Of a stretch of DNA of 64,000 bases, positions 46,250 to 64,000 are shown piece by piece. The stretch lies in NCBI RefSeq assembly GCF_009914755.1, contig NC_060946.1. One strand, written 5' to 3'. Made by a program: the position numbers and the translations under genes. The notes beneath the pieces are model-generated. The model had not been told where the DNA came from. It ran no database searches and was given only the letters and a program-made list of their open reading frames with translations. The DNA comes from the human T2T-CHM13v2.0 reference genome, Homo sapiens. The first letter of the stretch is position 1. Each line of letters opens with the position of its first letter.

Positions 46250-46800
46250 GACAGCACGAGGTAAGTCATAGGAACTCAGCGGACGGAGAAAGGCACGGTG
46301 GTTAGCGCGGGCTTCCTGGAGGACGCGGATCCGGCAAGCAGCATCTGAACCGCATTTTCGCAGCCGCGTAGACACTGGCGCCCACACTCTCTCACCCATG
46401 CGCACTCGCCAGCCCGCGCGCAGCCACACCCTCGGTGCCCGGGAGGCGGCGGCCTGGGGGACAGGACCTCACCTGTGGGCTCAGAGCGCCGAGGGACTCG
46501 GAGGAGCGCCCTGCAGGGATGCCTCGAGCCGCGCCCTCGCCCCGCCTCCAGCCCCTCTCCGGCGCTCGCAGGAGGACGCAGCCGACTGCCAGGCGCACCG
46601 GCCCGCCCCGCCCCGCGCTGCACTCTACTTCCAGGGCGGCGCCCTGGCAACCCAGGACGCGACCGCCGGCGCTGCGACTATTTCCGGAGTCAGACTTGCC
46701 TGGGGCTCCTTTGGGCTCCATACCTCGGGCGGCCGCTATGCCCAGGGCTTGGATCCTAGGAAATGCCAGGCCGTCCACCCTCTCGGGGCCCAGAAAGGAG
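46250..46800 (-). promoter_or_regulatory. TTLL1: CpG-island promoter of TTLL1
   Basis: Dense CpG and GC content. Tandem GC boxes (CCGCCCCGCCCCGC ~46603-46616), ETS core ACTTCC 46627-46632, RFX-like GGCGCCCTGGCAAC 46638-46651. No obvious TATA. Confidence 0.9.
46473..46660 (-). other. TTLL1: TTLL1 non-coding exon 1 (5' end approximate)
   Basis: Strong donor CAG|gtgagg at 46473/46472 inside the only CpG island. No ATG on the minus strand. TSS cannot be fixed from sequence. Confidence 0.8.
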
Positions 46801-47682
46801 ATTGAGAAGGGTCTGGAGCACGGGATTAAGTCTAAAAAGAAAGGTAGAGCGGTGTGATGATTAGGTCCGAATCCTGGGTTCGGTCTCAATCCGCTGTTTA
46901 GCCTCTCCTACCCCTTCTACCTCGGCTTCCTTATCTGAAGAAATGGTGATGTTGCGCCACTGCACTCCAGCCTGGGCGATAGAGCGAGACTCCATCTCAA
47001 ATAATAATAATAATAATAACATAAAAATAAAATAATTTTTTTAAAAAAGTGTTTATCTGGGCCAGACTCGGTGGCTCACGCCTGTAATCCAGCACTTTGG
47101 GAGGCAGAGGCGGGTGGGTCGCGAGGTCAGGAGATCGAGACCATCCTGGCTAGGCTGAGGCAAGAGAATCGCTTGAACCCGGGAGACAGAGGTTGCAGTG
47201 AGCCAAGATCGTGCCACTGCACTCAAGCCTGGGCGACAGAACAAGACTCCGCCTCAAAAAAAAAAAAAAAAGACGTTTATTATTCTCGTTATAGACCTGT
47301 GTTACCTCGAATTCTCTATACAATTATTCATTTTTAATTTCATCAATTTAAAGAGTTATGCAAACTTGTGCAACTTGTAAGTGACAGAGTCTGGCTTTGA
47401 ACCCAGGACACCTGACCATTCATGCTGCTGCCTCTCAGGAGGGGTGGTGGTGTGCTTTCTTAGTGATGATTGGAGCTTTGCTAACATCACTTCCTATAAT
47501 CTCCCACACAACCGCCTCCCAGGCCCAGAGCACATTCAGCGCATCATCATTTACTTTTGGCACCATCTAGTGGAACCAACACTTATCTGGAGTCCAAATT
47601 GCCAATTCATACCCTTCAGCTGCTGTCTGGTTGTGAGGCCTTGAGAAGTCCCAAGGCTTCCGACTACAGTGTTCTCACCTTA

Positions 47683-47901
<219 letters not shown>

Positions 47902-48095
47902 TCAGCCGGGTATGGGGGCGTAGCCAGCAGTCCTACTCAGTTACTCAGGAGGCTGAGGTGGATCACTTGAGCCTAGGAGATTGAGGCTGCAGTGAGCTAT
48001 GATCCCGCCACTACACTACAGCCTGGCCAACAGAACAAGACTCTGTCTCTTAGAGAAAAAAAGTTAAAAAAAACAACAACAAAAAAAGAATTTTA

Positions 48096-48416
<321 letters not shown>

Positions 48417-48611
48417 TTAAACTAACTTCAGGGCTTGTCTGAGCACGGAGTCCTATGGTTCTGTACAGGTCACAGGCCCATGAGGCTGGCCTTACCCTAA
48501 GAAGCTGGCCACAGCTCCCCTCAATGAATCCCCACAAGAACTCTGCTGAGTTAATGGTGTTATCACCACTTTTTAAAAAATAGTGGTAAATTGGCCGGGC
48601 GCAGTGGCTCA

Positions 48612-48868
<257 letters not shown>

Positions 48869-49331
48869 CTAAAAACAAAAAAAAAGAAAAAGTGGTAAAA
48901 TATGTATAACATAAAACTTAACCATCTTAGCCATTTTTAAATGTACAGTTCAGTGATGTTAAATATATTCACGTTGTGCAATCAGTCTCCAGAACTTTAT
49001 CCTCTTGCTAAACTAAAACTCTTTACCCATTGAACACAATTCCCCATCCTTCCTTCCCCAGCCCCTGGTAACTGCCTTTCTACTTTCTGTCTTAATGAAT
49101 TAGACTCCCTAAGTACCTCATCTAAGTGGAATCTGGGCCAGGCACAGTGGCTCACGCCTGTAATCCCAGCATTTTGGGAGCCTGAGGCAGGAGGATTGCC
49201 TGAGCCCAGGAGTTTGAGACCAGCCTGGGCAACATAGGGCGACCTCGTCTCTGCAAAAAAAAAAAAAAAAAAAAGAAGAAGAAGAAAGAAAGAGAAGGAA
49301 GGAAGGGAGGGAGGGAGGGAAGAAAGGGTTC

Positions 49332-49786
49332 GCTGCTGCTCTCTGAGCTTCGCCGTGCTATCAATGGATGACAAGAAGAACGAAGACACCGGAAAGTCGC
49401 TAAGAAAGACAAAGATTCAGTGAACAAATCTGGGGGCAGGGCCCAAAAGAAGAAGTGGTTCAAAGGCAAAGTCCGGGACAAGCTCAATAACTGAGTCGTG
49501 TTTGACAAACCTACCTATGACAAACTCTGTAAGGAACTTCCTAACCATAAACTTATAAGCCCTGCTGTGGTCTCTGAGAAACTGAAGATTCGAGGCTTCC
49601 TGGCCAGGGCAGCCCTTCAGGAGAACCTTAGTAAAGGACTTAACAAACTGGTTTCAAAGCACAGAGCTCAAGTAATTTACATCAGAAATACCAAGGGTGG
49701 AGATGTTATAGCTGCTGGTGATGATACATGAACAGGTCCAACCAACTGTACATTTGCAAAAATAAAACTTTATTAAATCAAAAAAA
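49332..49786 (+). pseudogene. RPS25P: Processed pseudogene of ribosomal protein S25 (eS25)
   Basis: Intronless RPS25-like reading (..[68 protein letters not shown]..). Start is GTG at 49355, 1-nt frameshift ~49400, premature TGA 49492-49494, terminal TGA 49729-49731, AATAAA 49761-49766, A-tail 49780-49786. Confidence 0.95.
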
Positions 49787-49813
49787 GAGGCCAGGCGCGG
49801 TGGCTCATGCCTA

Positions 49814-50146
<333 letters not shown>

Positions 50147-50457
50147 TTATTTATTTATTTTTAGAGAGGACGTCTTGCTCTGTGGCCCATGCTGGGTGCA
50201 GTGGCAGGATCATAGCTCACTGTAACCTTGAGCTCTGGACCTCAAGTGATCCTCCTTCCTCAGCCTCTAGAGCAATTAGGACTACAGGCATGTGCCACCA
50301 CACTCAGCTAATTTTTGTCTTTTTGTGACTGGCTTATTTCATGTAGCATAATGCCCTCAGGTTCATTCCTGTTGTAGTATGGATTTCCTTTTTTTTTTTT
50401 TTTAAGGCTGAAAACATTTCATTGTATGTTTTTAAGGCATTTAAAAAAATCCAGGGC

Positions 50458-50930
<473 letters not shown>

Positions 50931-52123
50931 CTACCTTTTGGCTATTGTGATTAATGCTACTATGAACACGGGTGTATATCTGAGACCCTGCTTTTAATTC
51001 TTTTTTTTTTTCTTAATAACTGAGATCAGGTCTCACTATGTTGCCTAGGCTGTCTCCAACTCCTGGGCTCAAGTGATCCGCCTGCCTTGGCCTTCCAAAG
51101 TGGTGGCATTACAGGCATGAACCACCACCCCAGGCTCCTTGCTTTCAGTTATCTGGGGTATGTACCCAGCGTGAGACTGCTGGATCATGTAGGAATTCTA
51201 TATTGAACTTTCCGAGGACTCTCCATAAGGTTTTCCACAGCAGCTGCACCATTTCACATTCCCACCAACAGTGCCAGAGTTCCAATTCCTCCACATCCTG
51301 GACAATACCTGTTATCTTCTATTTTTTGATAGCAGTTATTCTAACGGGTGTGACATCCTCCCTGCCTTGTAAATATGGGAACTGAAGCTTGAAGGTGGTG
51401 AGTAACTTGCCCAAGGCCAGGCAGCAATCACTACAGCAGTCATCGTCACTGGGCAGATGTCTCAACACATCAGCCCCACTCACACTGCCACCAGGAGGCC
51501 AGCTCGCCGCTGTCACAGTGCCAGCCAATAGCACACACAAGTACTTCACCTTCGCTCCAGTCTGATGCTCCCTGAGGCCAACAGGAGCCCTCAGGCACGC
51601 CCCATGCCACTGCAGCCCCCTGGCCAGCCAGCTGGACCCGAACCTGCCTAGACCTGGCCATGCTCCTCCCCATGCTGCCCCACCCTCAGCCTCTAGCAGC
51701 CTTGCCCCCTTCTCCCCCACTTCCCACCACAGGCCCTGACTTCCCAGGGTCTCTGTCCCCTCCTCCCTCCCCCTTGCAGCATGGAGGTGGGAAGGCTGCC
51801 TCTTCTCCAGGTGAAAGAACCAGGTGCTCTCGGGATCTCTCCTTATCCTCCTTGCCCATTTACCTGAGCACCTAGAAGGATTAGGGAGAGGCCAGACAGC
51901 TGGGCCTCAGGCTCTGGCTTTGTCAGGCCCTTTTCTAGCCCCAAGGGGCTGAGGCCCAGAGCGCAGGCCTCCTGGCCTAGGGCCAAAGGGTGGAGTCCCT
52001 GGGGGCTCAGAGAACAATAAGAAAGCCAGCCGGGTGCCGTGGCTCACACCTGTAATCCCAGCACTGTGGGATGCTGAGACAGGTGGATTACCTGAGGCCA
52101 AGAGTTTGAGATCAGCCTGGCTA

Positions 52124-52702
<579 letters not shown>

Positions 52703-52859
52703 TTAATAATAGAACCAGCTTCCCGGGGCAGCTGTGACGATCAGATGAGACCATGCCAGTGACCGTGCTCAGCATGCAGCCCGCACAGAGGGCAGCTCCT
52801 AGGAAGACTGTTCATGATCAATCAAGGGGAAGCTGCTCAGAGAGGACCGCATGCCCAGA

Positions 52860-53087
52860 GTGTGAGAGTGTGTGTGAGTGTGAGTATATGTGGGTTGTGT
52901 GTGAGTGCATGGGTGTTGTGTGTGTGTGTTATTGTGTGTGTGGTGTGTTTGTGTGAGTGTGAGAGTGTGTGTGAGTGTGAGTGTGTGTTGTGTGTGAGTG
53001 TATGTGTGTTGTGTGTGTGAATGAGTGTTATTGTGTGTGTGGTGTGTTTGTGTGAGTGTGAGAGTGTGTGTGTGGTGTGTGTGTGTG

Positions 53088-53090
<3 letters not shown>
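52860..53090. repeat. (TG)n/(TGAG) low-complexity tract with an internal ~50-bp duplication
   Basis: GTGTTATTGTGTGTGTGGTGTGTTTGTGTGAGTGTGAGAGTGTGTGTG occurs twice (~52926 and ~53025). Confidence 0.9.
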
Positions 53091-53909
<819 letters not shown>

Positions 53910-54537
53910 CATGTGAGTGACTGTGTGTGTATGTGTGTGTTCACCCCACCCACAGCAGGACCCAAGGTTGGTGGGGAGGGTTGGGACAAGGGGCTTGAAG
54001 CTGGAAGGGACTAGAGCTCCTCCCCAACCCCCTGCTAAGCAGCACCCAGCACAGACAGCAGAGGCCCCAGCTGAGGAAGATGGGGCTGATCTTCCCGGGA
54101 GCTGGGTCCTGCACGCTCTCCCACGGCCCAGTGAGACGCAGAAACGGATCCTTTGTCTGACTTCCTCCAGATTGCCTGGGGTTGGACCCCTGCAAGCCAG
54201 GAGGAGCCAGCGGCTTCCAGAGGGGATCTGAGTCCAGGTCTGGAGGCCTCTGTGTTTGGTGCTCTTTCTTTTGTATCAGCTGGATGGTGGAGGAGGAAGG
54301 CAGAGGTGTGTGGGTGAGGGGTTGTGGATAGCGGAGCCTGGGAGGTGGGGTGCAGGTAAGGGAGGCTCAGGGAGCCCAGGCAGCACAGAGCCCGTCTTAC
54401 GGGGCTGACCAGTCACCGGTCTGCTGCTCTCACCTGCCTGGAGAGGCTCTACTCTGTACCCCAGAGACCTACATGGGCCTGGCCTTGAAACATGACCAGT
54501 AAGGCCTGTGAAGGATGGAGGGAAGAACTGCACCCTA

Positions 54538-54932
<395 letters not shown>

Positions 54933-55010
54933 TCACGCCTGTAATCCCAGCACTTTGGGAGGCCGAGGCGGGCGGATCACGAGGTCAGGAGATCGAGACC
55001 ATCCTGGCTA

Positions 55011-55264
<254 letters not shown>

Positions 55265-56582
55265 TCACTGGACCTAAGCTCGGCCCTCCAGGTCCCTGGG
55301 CCTTGGTTTCTCCATCAGGAAGGAGCCATGCACCCCACCTTGCAATGCTGTTGAGGAGGCAGAATTGAAGACAGCAAACTGTGCCAGGAATGTGGGTCTT
55401 GACTTCAGTGAGCCCTCCTTGCTCCCTCCGTCAGGCGCACTGCACACCTCACCCCCAGACAGCGCCGGAGGCAGTACTCACAGCTGAGGGAGCCAGGGAA
55501 GGGCAATGGGGCAACAGGAAGGCAGGGTGGTGTTGGCGAGAGATGGCGGAAGAGTTCCTGCTGGGCTTATGTAGTCCCAACATTTTTGGAGGCTGAAGCA
55601 GGACGATTGCTTAAGCCCAGTAGTTGGAGGCTGCAATGAGCTATAATGGCACCACTGCTCTCCAGCCTGAGCCACAGAGTGAGACTCTGTCTCAAAAAAA
55701 AGAAAAAAAAAGTTTCTGTCAATCATTTAAGCTCCCAGCCCCAACAGGAAAGGCAGGAAAATGAGAACTAAGGTCTGGTTTACATCAGGACGTCCACTTG
55801 ACCCCACAGCAGTCCCTTTTAGGTTTTCCCTGTTTAGCACAGAAGGAACCTGAGGCTCACAGACATGTAGAGGCTGGCCCAGGCCCAGAGCTTGTCTGGG
55901 GCCAACACAGTCCTGGCCCGGACCCTATAGAATATCTGCCTGGTCCAGCTGGGCACGGTGTCTTATGCCTGTAATCCCAGCACTTTGGGAGGCCGAGGTG
56001 AGTGGATCACGAGGTCAGGAGATCAAGACCATTCTGGCCAACATGGTGAAACCCCGTCTCTACTAAAAATACAAAAATTAGCTGGGCATGGTGGTGCGTG
56101 CCTGTAATCCCAGCTACTCAGGAGGCTGAGGCAACAAGAGCGAAACTCCGTCTCAAAAAAAAGAAAAAAAAAGAAAGAAAGAAATTGAAACTTGGACACA
56201 CCTGAGTTCAAACTGGGGCTGTGCAGGAGGGCTGACCCTGGCTGAAGTCAGCTTCCGCGTCTGTGAAATGGGCTCATGCTACACACTTCACCAGGTTAGA
56301 GAGAAGCAGAAAAATAACACTAACCCTGCAAATGCTTCACAGGCAGCTGAGACAAGGGCTTCCACCCACCTCCAGGTTCCAGGTTCCCACTGGGGCCTCC
56401 TGTCTGGAATTCTCTAGCCCCTGCAGTTCCCGGCCTTACCCCCTGCAGCCAACTTGGCTGGTAGCTCCCTTCCTTCCGAGGCAAAGAGCCAGGCTAGCTT
56501 TTGCTGCTACATGTCAACACTCAGACTTTGTCTTCCTCACCTTGGCTCGCTCACAGGAGTCCTTCTATCTAGAATGTCCTAA

Positions 56583-57142
<560 letters not shown>

Positions 57143-57145
57143 TGA

Positions 57146-57250
<105 letters not shown>

Positions 57251-57839
57251 TGAGTAGCTGGAACTAGAGGCGCATGACACCATGCCCAGCTGATTTTTGT
57301 ATTTTTAGTAGAGATGGGGTTTCACCATGTTGGCCAGGATGGTCTTGATCTTCTGATCTTGTGATCCACCCGCCTCGGCCTCCCAAAATGCTGGGATTAC
57401 AGGCATGAGCCACGGTGCCCGGCCCTGCCCCACATTTTAAATGTTTTGAGGTATTCACCAGACTGCCCTCCTAAGAGGGTGTGTCCGTGTGTATTTCCAG
57501 CACAGGCTGACAAGACGGCCAGGCTCCTGCCTATCTGACAGGCCATCAAAGGATGAAATACTGAGAGCATTGTTGCTGCTTTTCTTTGCATCTCTTTCAT
57601 GATTCGTGGGGACATGGTAACATAAACTTCCTGGGGCAAAAGAGATATGACTATTACAGAACTTCAAAAGAAATGGTTACTCACGAGAGGGGAAAATCCC
57701 AGCATGCTGTATCTCCTGAGTCTTCCTCATTCTTCGAGGCAGGAGAAGGAAAGTTGGAGAGAGTGGTGAAACCAGGAGACCTGTGGGCCTGGAATGAGAA
57801 ATTGGGTCCTCCCATGGCCCACAAGACCTCAGGGCATCA

Positions 57840-58516
<677 letters not shown>

Positions 58517-59321
58517 TCAGTTGTCAGAAGGGATGTTATTTCTGGGCGAAAGGAGGTTCCGCAGGACTGGAGGTCCTTCCTGCTTACACCACATGGGCCT
58601 AGCCCCTCCCATCAGACCCGGCTTGGGTGATAATCTGGGGCCTTGAGCCTGCTCCTGGCAGGGACAGCAGTGGCCATCACTGTAGGACGTCTCCGGACTG
58701 CTGCCCAAGGCCTCCGCAATGCTGCAGGAGCTGAGATCACCTCTTTTCTGACCCTGGATTCCTGGAATTGTCTCACAGAATGGAGGCCTGTTCTCCATCC
58801 TCCTGACAGGCCACAGTAGATTATGTTGGTCACACTAGCCATTTGGATATCTGGCCCAAACGTGTGTCTGTTACATGGCTGTGGCACTGAGCTGAGAGGC
58901 CTGGCGGGTTGAGCCTCCATAATTTGCTCTGAAATGCACTGGTCCTGTTTTCAGTTACATTATTCTTGTCACCTGCAAAGCTGGCCTCTCAGATCTCACC
59001 ATGGCCTTGGCCTACCAAGCACCCTGGCAGCTGTGAATCCAGATCTGGATTAAAATCCTTGATGTTGACTATTTCAAGTTTGATCCGCTGGGCTTTGCTT
59101 TGATTTTATTGTTTAGTATTGAGTTTTAATTGATATACCCAAAAGTGCACAGATCCTAAGCATTCAGTTCAATGTATGTTTGCATACATATGTACCCCTG
59201 CAGCCACCATCTGTGTTACCCCAGAAGCTTCCATCATGCCCCTTCCCAGCCAATACCCATCCCCACCCTGGAGAGGGAGTCACCGATCTCACATCTAATG
59301 CCGTAGATTAGTTGTGCCTAG

Positions 59322-59720
<399 letters not shown>

Positions 59721-59811
59721 TAAAGCCGGGCGCTCACGCCTGTAATCCCAGCACTTTGGGAGGCCGAGGCGGGCGGATCACAAGGTCAGGAGATCGAGAC
59801 CATCCTGGCTA

Positions 59812-60327
<516 letters not shown>

Positions 60328-60425
60328 TTAAGACCAGCCTGGCCAACATGGTGAAACCCTGTCTCAATAAAAAATATAAAAACTATCCAGGTGTGGTGGT
60401 GGGTGCCTGTAATCCCAGCTTCTCA

Positions 60426-60840
<415 letters not shown>

Positions 60841-61092
60841 TGATCTGCCCGCCTCAGCCTCTCAAAGTGTTGGGATTACAGGCGTGAGCCACTGCACCCG
60901 GCCCAGAAGTTGTTCTTAACTGTTGTTCAAGGAGAAGCCTATCGGGGGGAAGAACCAAGAGAGGGACAGAGGGAGGAAATCACCCAAAAATAGATGTGTC
61001 TCTTTGGCCCTAATGCACACAACATGCATGCATTTCTTCAACAGCTATACAGCTGGGCATGGTGGCTCACGCCTGTAATCCTAGCATTTTGG

Positions 61093-62034
61093 CGTAGGGT
61101 CCAGCCCTACTGGGCCTTGTGGGTTTTCTCGTCGTGTGCGGAGACATAGAAAGAAAGACACAAGAGTAAGAGAGAGTATGAAAGACAGCTGGGCCCAGGG
61201 GGCCACTACCACCAATGCACGGAGTCCGGTAGTTGTTCCGAATGCCTGGACGCACTGCTATTTATTGTATACAAGGCAAGGGGGCAGGGGAAGGAGAGTG
61301 AGTCATCCCAAGTGATTGATAAGGTCAAGCAAGTCACGTGTCCACGTGACAGGGAGCCTTTCCCTTTGTGGTTGCTAAAGCAGAGAGGGAGGATAGCAGA
61401 CGTCAGCGTTTTTTCTATGCACTTATCAGAGAGATCAAAGACTTTAATACTTTCACTAATTCTGCTACTGCTATCTTCTAGGAACTTAAAAGAGGCACCA
61501 GGTGTACAGGCGGGACATGAAAGTGAACAGGGAGCGTGACCACTGAAGCACAGCACCACAGGGAGACGTTGAAGCTTCCGGATGACTATGGGCAGGCCCG
61601 AGTCATGTCAGGCCTCCCACAAGAGCTGGTGGAGCAGAGTGTTCTCTAATTCCCCCAAGGAAGGGGAAACTCCCTTTCCTGGTCTGCTAAGTAACGGGTG
61701 CCTTCCCAGGCACTGGCGCTACCACTAGACCAAGGAGCCCTCAAGTGGCCCTTATCCGGGTGTGACAGAGGGCTCACACTCTTGTCTTCTGGTCACCTCT
61801 CACAATGTCCCTTCAGCTCCTGACTCTGTATGGCCTGGTTTTTCCTCGGTTATTATAATAATAATAATAATACAAAGATTAATACTAGAAACTAATGATT
61901 GATAATATCCATATATAATCATCTCTATATCCTATTTCTAATATAACTTTCTCTTATCCTATTTTCTTTATTATATTGGAACAGCTTGTGCCTTCAGTCT
62001 CTTGCCTCTGCAACTGGGTGGCTTTCTGCCCACA
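61093..62034 (-). mobile_element. LTR13-type solo LTR (ERVK/HML-4) inserted in an Alu left arm
   Basis: Minus strand starts TGTGGGCAGAAAGCCACCCAG..GCAAGAGAC and ends GGGCTGGACCCTAC(G), as in the recalled LTR13 consensus. 6-bp TSD TTTTGG (61087-61092) / CTTTGG (62035-62040). Host Alu resumes at 62041. Confidence 0.85.
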
Positions 62035-62090
62035 CTTTGGGAGGCCAAGGCAGGCAGATCACCTAAGGTCAGGAGTTTGAGACCAGCCTA

Positions 62091-62329
<239 letters not shown>

Positions 62330-62917
62330 CTATTTACTGAGCACCTACTATATGAGCGGCGCAGGATGAGTCTGGTTTAGATTCTAGTGGGGGATGGGAG
62401 TCAGACAATAAGCAAATAGACAGGTGACTAAATATGTAAGAGAGCAGAAGGTGCTGTGGAAGAAAGTAAAATAAGCAGGAGAAGAAGGGAAGCAGTAGCC
62501 CCACCACCAGCCTCGGACAATAGTGAAGATCACTTGGCATTGGGTCTGACATCCTGCCAACATCCTTATGAGTTGTGTATCGCAATCTCCATTTCCCAGA
62601 GAGTGTGGGAAAGACAGCCTCTGATGCACGAGGCTGTGCTCAAGCTCACACAGCTGTGAAGGGCAGCCTCCACCCCTCATGTCAGGTGCAGTGTCTATGC
62701 CCCTCCACCCTACAGCTCAGTTGGCCTCTCAAAGCCTCAGTCTCCTCACCGATAAACTGGGAATGTAATAAAGTTTCCTAGGCTGGGCGCAGTGGCTCAC
62801 ACCTGTAATCCCGGCAGTTTGGGAGGTGGAGGTGGGCTGATCACTTGAGGCCAGGAGTTCAAGACCAACCTGGCCAACACAGTGAAACCCCATCTCTACT
62901 AAAAAATACAAAAATTA

Positions 62918-63097
<180 letters not shown>

Positions 63098-63166
63098 TCA
63101 CGCCCATAATCCCAGCACTTTGGGAGGCCAAGGTGGGCGAATCACGAGGACAGGAGTTCGAGATCA

Positions 63167-63508
<342 letters not shown>

Positions 63509-64000
63509 TCAGTTGGACGGAGGCTGCAATACCTCTATTTAGGAGCCCTGGGCACTCTCGGAGACAATGGGCATTATTTTCCCTTCAATACCCCTCCGCA
63601 TGGCTGCTAGATTCCAATTCCTTAACCTCTTGTTCCTTTCCAGCTCAGTGTCCTTCCATAGCTCCCCAGTACCGACAGGATAATTAGGCCACATTCACCT
63701 TTCTATTCTGGTTGGAATCCAGTCCCTTCTTTGAATTCCCCTCAAATATCTCCTCCTCCATGAAGCTTTCCCTGATATATTTGTGTCCTCTGTGGGAGCC
63801 TGGCGCTTAGTTTTCCCTTGCTTGACGCCACAGTCACTTTCTGTCTGTCCCTGCATTGCCACTGTCTTGAAGGTAGGCATTTGGCATTGTCTCTGGCTTG
63901 GCTCTGGCTTCAGTTAAGACCAAACATAGTTTTCTTCCTCTTCTAAAAAAAGATAATGTTTTTGCACGTTTATCTAGACAATCCGGAAAATACATGAAAA

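Noticed and set aside
46276-46889. Arg/Pro/Gly/Ala-rich ORFs on both strands
   Set aside because: Stop-codon depletion in the CpG island; no homology evidence.
49498-49731. 77-aa RPS25-like ORF as a functional retrogene
   Set aside because: Starts at GTG after a premature stop; upstream frameshift and lost ATG.

Overview
Primate (very probably human, 22q13.2) genomic DNA, extremely Alu-dense. The minus strand carries TTLL1 (tubulin polyglutamylase catalytic subunit): a CpG-island promoter and non-coding exon 1 (~46.5-46.7 kb), an 85-nt non-coding exon 2, and eight coding exons (32594 to 3417). These splice in frame at GT-AG junctions into 1142 nt (380 codons + 2 nt). The last coding exon lies left of the window. 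Right of the promoter are a nested RPS25 processed pseudogene, an LTR10-like ERV1 solo LTR, an LTR13 (HERV-K HML-4) solo LTR inside an Alu, L1 fragments and microsatellites. From recalled gene order, BIK should start just beyond the right edge; it is not visible here. Most ORF-track entries are Alu or low-complexity artefacts. I found no convincing new protein-coding system. The best leads are regulatory or structural: a p53-site/CCAAT/TATA/splice-donor LTR facing BIK, a splice-dependent overlapping uORF on the TTLL1 start codon, a 13x64-bp G4 VNTR, and a local templated copy of an intronic Alu-Alu junction just upstream of the promoter. Repeat family names are from memory of consensus sequences, not from a search.
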